A stretch of 56,728 nt of DNA from positions 1-56,728 of the IMG/VR virus record IMGVR_UViG_3300008262_000238. One strand, 5' to 3'. Position numbers and translations under genes: made by a program. The notes under the pieces were generated by a model. That model did not search any database and was not told where the DNA came from. It saw nothing but the letters and a program-made list of their open reading frames with translations. Shown one piece after another: positions 7,794-13,674 of the stretch. Source of the stretch: a virus (Duplodnaviria > Caudoviricetes). Each line of letters opens with the position of its first letter. Within the stretch, counting starts at the first letter, position 1.

Positions 7794-7815
7794 AAAATTT
7801 TTTATGTATATAATA

Positions 7816-7884
7816 TTACACCCTCTCCTTGAAAGTTGTCTCAGCTAAATCGCCCCCTATCAATGATATGTGTAAATTTTTCAT
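7816..7884 (-). CDS. Leader peptide 2 MKNLHISLIGGDLAETTFKERV (attenuator)
   Basis: 22-aa ORF after ATATTTATA motif; 3' codons GGAGA-GGGT complementary to the terminator 5' arm ACCC-A-TCTCC. Confidence 0.8.
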   Translation of the reverse strand: MKNLHISLIGGDLAETTFKERV

Positions 7885-7943
7885 TTGCGTTTTTATTATT
7901 TTGTTATAAATATATAATACTTTTCAAAAGTGTCAAGTTTTTT

Positions 7944-8264
7944 TTAAAAATCTTCATCATAATCACCAAGAACCTCATAAAGGTAATCCTCATAATTCAA
8001 TGAAATATAGTCCGCTAATAACGTGAACAAGTCATCTTGAAAGTCACCCATAATATCTTTAGCCAAAGCCATGGCCTTTTTTCCCATAGTTGCATCATCA
8101 TAATCACCAAGATCGTAAAGAGATTCCCTAACCTCCTTAAACACATCATCCAATGTAATGGATATTCTCATACCTTCCATTTTATCTTCTTCGTTATCTT
8201 CTTTAATAACTCGTTTAACAATCCTTGTTAAATCCGATTCTGTTAATTTAGTTACTCTTTTCAT
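7944..8264 (-). CDS. Acidic protein with LTESDL leader
   Basis: MKRVTKLTESDLTRIVKRVIKE N-terminus. Confidence 0.8.
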   Translation of the reverse strand: MKRVTKLTESDLTRIVKRVIKEDNEEDKMEGMRISITLDDVFKEVRESLYDLGDYDDATMGKKAMALAKDIMGDFQDDLFTLLADYISLNYEDYLYEVLGDYDEDF

Positions 8265-8318
8265 AATTTATATTTATTTTATAAATATTTTATGTTTTTT
8301 AAATGTGTCAAGTTTTTT

Positions 8319-8699
8319 TTAAAATTCTCCTTCACCCTCAATTTTACCCCAAACGTTTTTATATTCCGGGTTTTGTAAGAATAAATCGGCTTCAGTTGAT
8401 TCATTCTCCAAATCACTGATATAATCTTTTAACAAATCAATTACTTGTCTGATTCTTTCCTGTCTTTGTCTTGGACTAACTTTTCTTGATAGTTGGTGTT
8501 CTCTTGATAAATACCCGTATTCACCAGGATCACTAAAAACATTACCTTCATCTTTTCTAAAGAAGATGTCATTTAGTTTATCCCTTAAATTTAGATCTTT
8601 AGACTCTTTTTTATTGGATCTAAATCCCTCACCTTCTCTAATCACTTTTTTAACAATCCTTGTTAAATCCGATTCGGTTAATTTTATGACTTTTTTCAT
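8319..8699 (-). CDS. Protein with LTESDL leader
   Basis: True start MKKVIKLTESDL at 8699; the track extension overlaps tRNA-Leu. Confidence 0.8.
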   Translation of the reverse strand: MKKVIKLTESDLTRIVKKVIREGEGFRSNKKESKDLNLRDKLNDIFFRKDEGNVFSDPGEYGYLSREHQLSRKVSPRQRQERIRQVIDLLKDYISDLENESTEADLFLQNPEYKNVWGKIEGEGEF

Positions 8700-8732
8700 A
8701 ATAATAAATATATCATTATTTGAAAATGTTTG

Positions 8733-8813
8733 TACCCCCGGAGAGATTCGAACTCTCACACCTCTCGGCATCAGATCCTAAATCTGACGTGTCTACCATT
8801 CCACCACGAGGGT
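8733..8813 (-). tRNA. tRNA-Leu (TAG)
   Basis: TCAGA-TTTAGGA-TCTGA; class II. Confidence 0.92.
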
Positions 8814-8822
8814 ATTTTGTTG

Positions 8823-8894
8823 AGCTCAGGGTGGGATTTGAACCCACATACCAAGGTTTTGCAGACCTGGACTTTACCCATCAGACACCTGAGC
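8823..8894 (-). tRNA. tRNA-Cys (GCA)
   Basis: AGGT-CTGCAAA-ACCT; U73. Confidence 0.85.
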
Positions 8895-8896
8895 AA

Positions 8897-9352
8897 TTAG
8901 CGGCAGTGGTGATCTGCCTCCCTTGTTGCGATTTGGTTGTTGGGCTTAATATTTGTTTTAAAACCTAACGAGTTTGCCCATCCGACCGTAGGTGAAACCA
9001 GTCGTGAACTGAAGTGTTTTTCTTCAGCATTGTAATCCAAATCAATCTCCACCTTTACATTAACTTTTTTTGTTAACCATTCCGCAACTTGTATTGAATA
9101 ATCAGCCTCATTCCATAATCTTGTCCATTTATCTTTGATCTTTTTTATCTTTTCCTTATGGTAGATGTAATGAACACCACGATTACCATATCTATAAGCA
9201 ATTGCCGTTACATATACGGTACTTCTTCTATGATTTTGAGAGTCAGTACCAATATGGATCTCAACGTATGGACATTCCCTTAATATTTCAAGCGTGTGAG
9301 ATACAACATCGGTAACCACCTCACCAGAAACCTTTCTAAATATTTTTTTCAT
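8897..9352 (-). CDS. RNase H-like YkuK (DUF458) family protein
   Basis: IHIGTDSQ, VEIDLDYN and ADH motifs. Confidence 0.75.
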   Translation of the reverse strand: MKKIFRKVSGEVVTDVVSHTLEILRECPYVEIHIGTDSQNHRRSTVYVTAIAYRYGNRGVHYIYHKEKIKKIKDKWTRLWNEADYSIQVAEWLTKKVNVKVEIDLDYNAEEKHFSSRLVSPTVGWANSLGFKTNIKPNNQIATREADHHCR

Positions 9353-9366
9353 CTCACTACTTTTTG

Positions 9367-9442
9367 CGGAACCATAGGGAGTCGAACCCTAACTTTTGGA
9401 TTTTCAGTCCAACGTGACACACCATACTTACACCATAGTTCC
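9367..9442 (-). tRNA. tRNA-Phe (GAA)
   Basis: TTGGA-CTGAAAA-TCCAA. Confidence 0.85.
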
Positions 9443-9444
9443 TT

Positions 9445-9942
9445 TTATTTAATTTCAAATGCACAACGCATTGGCCTTTTCAATTTTTGGGAATCCTCAA
9501 AGTTCCCAATAACAACACCGTCTTTGATCGTAAAGGCATGACATTTAACCAACACAATGAAAGTCCCCTTTGGATATTTCTTTACAAATGTACCAACGGT
9601 CATTTTTCTATTAACTATTTCATTTTTAACTTTAACAGGATAATCCAAAGAATTAATCATATAGTCATTTTTTCTTTCACCAACAGGATGAACTTTTTTA
9701 CCATTTACCCTAATTCCATTATCCGACATTTTAACAAGTTTCATTGGAGTACCAAATGTTCCCCTTCTTGGTTTTCTCCCAAATTCTTCGGCAACATACT
9801 TATGAGCATAATCATATGAAATTTCAAATGAAGATGCAAATGCTCTTACAACACAATCACTTGTTTCCCATTTAGCAATCTCAGAGTCATTATAACCTTT
9901 GATTGCAGTTCCTGTTGATTCGTACGGTAGTTTGTTTTTCAT
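9445..9942 (-). CDS. Phage protein with DCVVRA...H motif (possible papain-like Cys-His fold)
   Basis: SDCVVRAFA and KCHAFTIKDG; promoter at 9947-9954 supports start at 9942. Confidence 0.6.
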   Translation of the reverse strand: MKNKLPYESTGTAIKGYNDSEIAKWETSDCVVRAFASSFEISYDYAHKYVAEEFGRKPRRGTFGTPMKLVKMSDNGIRVNGKKVHPVGERKNDYMINSLDYPVKVKNEIVNRKMTVGTFVKKYPKGTFIVLVKCHAFTIKDGVVIGNFEDSQKLKRPMRCAFEIK

Positions 9943-9989
9943 ATCACAAAGATACAAAAACTTTTTTGATCGGCAAAATTAATTTTTAG

Positions 9990-10060
9990 CACGCGCCGTT
10001 AGAATCGAACTAACCCACCGAGGTTTTGGAGACCTGGCCGACACCTTGTCTGTGACGCGC
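9990..10060 (-). tRNA. tRNA-Trp (CCA)
   Basis: AGGT-CTCCAAA-ACCT; G73. Confidence 0.85.
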
Positions 10061-10071
10061 TTATATTATTG

Positions 10072-10144
10072 TACCCCCACAGAGATTCAAACTCCGATCC
10101 CACCCTTAGAAGGGGTGTGTCCTATTCAGTTGGACGATGGGGGC
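10072..10144 (-). tRNA. tRNA-Arg (TCT)
   Basis: CACCC-CTTCTAA-GGGTG. Confidence 0.88.
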
Positions 10145-10149
10145 AATTG

Positions 10150-10222
10150 TACCCTCAAAGAGATTCAAACTCCTATCTCTGGATCCGTAGTCCAGGGTTT
10201 TATTCAGTTAAACTATGTGGGC
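10150..10222 (-). tRNA. tRNA-Arg (ACG)
   Basis: CTGGA-CTACGGA-TCCAG. Confidence 0.88.
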
Positions 10223-10413
10223 AATTAAAGAATTTTGGTCAACCACTCGCATCCCACCAATCTCTTGTATCAAACTTTTTGTAGTCCAAACGATTCCTTT
10301 ATTGAACTTAATCATTTTGGTAATATCTCCTACGACTCATTCTCAACTCACTTGCCTAAGCCTTGTAACCAGGATATGAGCCCGGCTCGGACACCTGTCC
10401 TATCGGTATGTTG

Positions 10414-10502
10414 AGGAAAGCAGTGGTAACGATCCACAATCGGTTTCTCACCGATCACATTGTTTAGCAAACAAGTCCCGTCGCCTTCAGGGATTACTTT
10501 CC
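10414..10502 (-). tRNA. tRNA-Ser (GCT)
   Basis: TTGT-TTGCTAA-ACAA; long variable arm; T-loop ATCGTTA. Confidence 0.8.
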
Positions 10503-10507
10503 ATTTG

Positions 10508-10580
10508 TGCTCATCACCGGTTACGATCCGATTCTCTCCACGATATCAGCGTGGTGCTTTCCCGATTAAGCTAGATGAGC
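10508..10580 (-). tRNA. tRNA-Ile (GAT)
   Basis: CCACG-CTGATAT-CGTGG; T-loop ATCGTAA. Confidence 0.85.
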
Positions 10581-10583
10581 CTG

Positions 10584-11117
10584 TTATAATAGTTTTTCGT
10601 GTATCTCAGCATGACAATTTGAGCACACTAATAAACATTTATCCACTTCTTCTTTTAATCTGTCAAATGACAAACTCTTTCCTGAAATTGTGAAGTCTTT
10701 TTCATTTGGATTTTTATGGTGGAATTGTAGTGCGGTCAGACATTTATTATAACCACATATTTCACACTTCCCTCCCTTGTATTCAATCAATTTCTTTTTA
10801 GTTCTCTTTCTCCATGATATAACAGATTGAGACCCACTAATCTTTTTAACCCTAACAACACTTTTAACGTGTTTTTTAACAGTTTCAAAAGACCTACCCG
10901 TAATCCTTACAACTTTTTTTAAGGAACCCACTTCATCGTATAATTTTTGAAGTTGTTCTTTTTCTTCTTCTGTTACTTTTTGATTGTTGTTGCCTAATTT
11001 ATGTATCTGACAATGATACGACACTGTTGACATTGCGCAACCTAAAATTTTTGTAATTTCTTTGTAGGTTTTTCCTTCTTTCCTCAAAGATATAATTTTT
11101 TCCGAATACCTTTCCAT
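10584..11117 (-). CDS. HNH homing endonuclease with N-terminal HTH
   Basis: CEICGY...LQFHH...CSNCHAEIH. Confidence 0.85.
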   Translation of the reverse strand: MERYSEKIISLRKEGKTYKEITKILGCAMSTVSYHCQIHKLGNNNQKVTEEEKEQLQKLYDEVGSLKKVVRITGRSFETVKKHVKSVVRVKKISGSQSVISWRKRTKKKLIEYKGGKCEICGYNKCLTALQFHHKNPNEKDFTISGKSLSFDRLKEEVDKCLLVCSNCHAEIHEKLL

Positions 11118-11167
11118 AACATTAACATTTTATATTAATAAATATCTGATAGTTCGGAAAAAATAAG

Positions 11168-11255
11168 CTGATGGGGTGGGATTCGAACCCACGGTGGAGA
11201 AAATTCTCGTCGGATTAACAGTCCGATGCGTTCGGCCAACTACGCGAACCCATCA
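11168..11255 (-). tRNA. tRNA-Asn (GTT) with long variable arm
   Basis: TCGGA-CTGTTAA-TCCGA; GAGAA-TT-TTCTC variable hairpin; G73. Confidence 0.85.
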
Positions 11256-11264
11256 ATTTTTTTG

Positions 11265-11347
11265 TGGGAGAGGAGGGACTTGAACCCCCACGTCCTCACG
11301 GAAACGGTTTTACAGACCGCCGAGCCAACCAATTGCTCAACACTCCC
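11265..11347 (-). tRNA. tRNA-Tyr (GTA)
   Basis: GCGGT-CTGTAAA-ACCGT; class II. Confidence 0.9.
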
Positions 11348-11490
11348 AAATTTAGGAAATCAGAAGATGGTTGCGTGGACATCTGATTTTACGATTGGCG
11401 TTACTTTGGTGTATATCTCCCAACTCCGATGATACTGACCGATATACACTCTCGTGTCATTAGTATCACCCTTCCCCAATCAACCTATAG

Positions 11491-11561
11491 TACCCCAAGA
11501 TGGATTTGAACCACCACCGATAGTATGTAACACTATCACGCTCCCATTACGCCATTGAGGT
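11491..11561 (-). tRNA. tRNA-Val (TAC)
   Basis: ATAGT-GTTACAT-ACTAT. Confidence 0.85.
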
Positions 11562-11630
11562 GTTTTAGTTTTTCAGAACAAAAGTAACCATTTTTTGGTA
11601 ACTATCACCCCTTTTTACTAAATTTTTTTG

Positions 11631-11705
11631 TGACCCCGGTGAGACTTGAACTCACGACCCCTCCGTTAAAAGCGGAGTGCTCTAAACCAACTGAGCTACG
11701 AGATC
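11631..11705 (-). tRNA. tRNA-Lys (TTT)
   Basis: CTCCG-CTTTTAA-CGGAG. Confidence 0.92.
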
Positions 11706-11723
11706 TTCTGTTTGTCATACTTG

Positions 11724-11912
11724 TCACTTTCCATAAGACATTAGTTTTTGATTGTTTATTTTTATTTCTGTTTCTACCCTTTTTAGTTCTTCACTTAAAT
11801 CCCCACGGTAGGATGGGTCTTTACTAATTTTGGATAAACTTAAGTAATAATTGTTTAAACCCTCAAGTCTTCCTTTAATTGCAATTTTTTCACATTCTTC
11901 GTTTGTTACCAT
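11724..11912 (-). CDS. Small coiled-coil hypothetical protein (62 aa)
   Basis: Start MVTNEE at 11912; the track extension overlaps tRNA-Pro. Confidence 0.55.
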   Translation of the reverse strand: MVTNEECEKIAIKGRLEGLNNYYLSLSKISKDPSYRGDLSEELKRVETEIKINNQKLMSYGK

Positions 11913-11927
11913 TTTTTTAAATTTTAG

Positions 11928-12000
11928 TAGGGTAGACAGGGGTCGAACCTGCATCGTCCACGTCCCAAACGTGGTGACTTACCAATTAGTCAACTACCCT
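11928..12000 (-). tRNA. tRNA-Pro (TGG)
   Basis: CCACG-TTTGGGA-CGTGG. Confidence 0.88.
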
Positions 12001-12006
12001 ATGTTG

Positions 12007-12090
12007 AGGAAGCCTGAGGTGTCGATCCCCATACCTTTCAGTACCGCCCGTTTTCAAGACGGGGTTGCAAGCCGTTGCAATTAGACTTCC
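12007..12090 (-). tRNA. tRNA-Ser (TGA)
   Basis: CCCGT-CTTGAAA-ACGGG; long variable arm; T-loop ATCGACA. Confidence 0.82.
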
Positions 12091-12099
12091 TTTTTGTTG

Positions 12100-12171
12100 A
12101 TCTCCCCCGAGGGTTCGAACCTCAATTCCATGGACCAAAACCATGTGTCCTGCCAGTTAGACGAGGGGAGA
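12100..12171 (-). tRNA. tRNA-Gln (TTG)
   Basis: CATGG-TTTTGGT-CCATG. Confidence 0.9.
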
Positions 12172-12179
12172 ATTTAAGG

Positions 12180-12196
12180 CCAATATGTCAAAGAAC
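12180..12196 (-). promoter_or_regulatory. boxA-like antitermination element
   Basis: GTTCTTTGACATATTGG between tRNA-Thr and tRNA-Gln. Confidence 0.65.
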
Positions 12197-12210
12197 ATTT
12201 TCTTTTTTTG

Positions 12211-12282
12211 AGGTCTCTGTCGGAACTGACCCGACAACTCAACTTTACAAGAGTCGTATTTTTCCTGTTAAACTAAGAGACC
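12211..12282 (-). tRNA. tRNA-Thr (TGT)
   Basis: CGACT-CTTGTAA-AGTTG; T-loop GTCAGTT. Confidence 0.82.
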
Positions 12283-12287
12283 AATGT

Positions 12288-12320
12288 AAAACAAAAAACC
12301 CGAGATTTTGTGTCTCGGGT
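12288..12320 (-). terminator. Attenuator terminator of leader 1
   Basis: ACCCGAGA-CACAAAA-TCTCGGGT + TTTTTGTTTT directly before tRNA-Thr. Confidence 0.85.
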
Positions 12321-12351
12321 CTTTCATTTTTATTTTATATTTGATGATACG

Positions 12352-12462
12352 TTATACCATACTATTAAATGAAAGACACCGAAGACGCTGAAGCGTAATA
12401 TACGACTTGACCCAATTCTGACACGGGTTACTAAAGTTCATATGTTTCATTGTTGTTTTCAT
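12352..12462 (-). CDS. Leader peptide 1 MKTTMKHMNFSNPCQNWVKSYITLQRLRCLSFNSMV (attenuator)
   Basis: 36-aa ORF after ATATTTATA; contains TCGG-T-GTCTTTCATTT, complementary to AAATGAAAGAC-CCGA overlapping the terminator 5' arm. Confidence 0.85.
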   Translation of the reverse strand: MKTTMKHMNFSNPCQNWVKSYITLQRLRCLSFNSMV

Positions 12463-12544
12463 CTTGGTTATAAATATATGTATTTTACAAAAAGTTTTAA
12501 ATTCTTTTACAAATTTAGTAATATTTTTTTATTTGACAAGCATT

Positions 12545-12658
12545 TTATTGATTTTTTTCATAAAATTCTTCTTGATCCTCTTTTAATTTATGTAAATAAA
12601 CATAAAATTCTTCAGAGTTTATAAATTCATTATGAATTATTTCTAAAATTTCGTCCAT
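12545..12658 (-). CDS. Small acidic protein (37 aa, MDEILEIIHNEF...)
   Basis: ORF directly after a TAACTTTG motif. Confidence 0.4.
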   Translation of the reverse strand: MDEILEIIHNEFINSEEFYVYLHKLKEDQEEFYEKNQ

Positions 12659-12739
12659 GTAACAAAGTTAAATATTTTTTTAATAAAAGACAACTTTTGT
12701 AGTTTAATTGGATATTTATATAATATAATCCATTAGACT

Positions 12740-13261
12740 ATGAAAAAAGAAGAATTAGAAAACTTGATAAATGATGGTAAGTCATTGAACCAAATTAGTA
12801 AGGAAATAGGTAAGTCTTTAACATCTGTTAGGTATTGGGCAAAAAAACACAAAATACCTTTTGAAACTAAAAATTTCTCAAATCAAGGGATAAAGGATTA
12901 TGGGGAATCAAGATTATGCCCAAGATGTAAAAAATCATGTTCTATTGATCAATTTTATGATAGGAGAGGTAAAAAAAATAGTTCAGTATATTGTAAAAAA
13001 TGTACCACTGAACAGGTTGTGGAACGAACTCAGAAATTGAAACAAGAAATGGTAAACTATAAAGGGGGTTGTTGTGAATTATGTGGGTATGACAAATATA
13101 TAGGTGCGTTAGATTTTCATCATATAAACCCAAATGAAAAAGATTTTACAATTGCAAAAGTTAGACAATATAAATTTGATGAAGTAATAAAGGAAGAATT
13201 GGATAAATGTATGTTAGTATGTTCTAATTGTCACCGTGAGATACACGGTGGATTAAAGTAG
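12740..13261 (+). CDS. HNH homing endonuclease with N-terminal HTH and Zn finger
   Basis: CELCGY...LDFHH...CSNCHREIH; paralog of 10584-11117. Confidence 0.85.
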   Translation: MKKEELENLINDGKSLNQISKEIGKSLTSVRYWAKKHKIPFETKNFSNQGIKDYGESRLCPRCKKSCSIDQFYDRRGKKNSSVYCKKCTTEQVVERTQKLKQEMVNYKGGCCELCGYDKYIGALDFHHINPNEKDFTIAKVRQYKFDEVIKEELDKCMLVCSNCHREIHGGLK

Positions 13262-13335
13262 TACACCCGCCAGGATTCAAACCTGGAATCTACTCATTAG
13301 AAGTGAGTTGCATTGTTCAATTATGCTACGGGTGC
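13262..13335 (-). tRNA. tRNA-Arg (TCT), second copy
   Basis: ACTCA-CTTCTAA-TGAGT. Confidence 0.88.
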
Positions 13336-13341
13336 ATTTTA

Positions 13342-13527
13342 TCAGATCTTCTTTACCTCATAAGTATGACCTGAATCTGAATTAGTTTGAAAGATGTCTT
13401 TCATTTTTTCAGCATCTTCTTCTGTTTCAAATTCCCAAACTTCATTATCACTATTTAGAAGGATAACAGGTAGTCTTTTTGTGGGGATTGAACTTGATAC
13501 TTTTACGTGTTTAACTATTACATACAT
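13342..13527 (-). CDS. Hypothetical protein (61 aa)
   Basis: ORF track, plausible composition. Confidence 0.65.
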   Translation of the reverse strand: MYVIVKHVKVSSSIPTKRLPVILLNSDNEVWEFETEEDAEKMKDIFQTNSDSGHTYEVKKI

Positions 13528-13674
13528 ATGACAATTATAATAACTTATTTTTGATCTGTCAATAGGTATAAAACAAAATGGGGATTACTCCCCACTTTGC
13601 TAGATAATAAACACCTCCCTTTCTTTTGATGGTTTATCCTCACCCAACAACTACGTCAGATAAGTTTCATCGGG

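Noticed and set aside
2317-12344. ORF-track entries overlapping tRNAs (e.g. 2317-2628, 4945-5148, 6817-7020, 8720-8968, 10046-10284, 11226-11432, 11630-11827, 12075-12344)
   Set aside because: They are translations of tRNA/ncRNA sequence or its antisense, with atypical composition.
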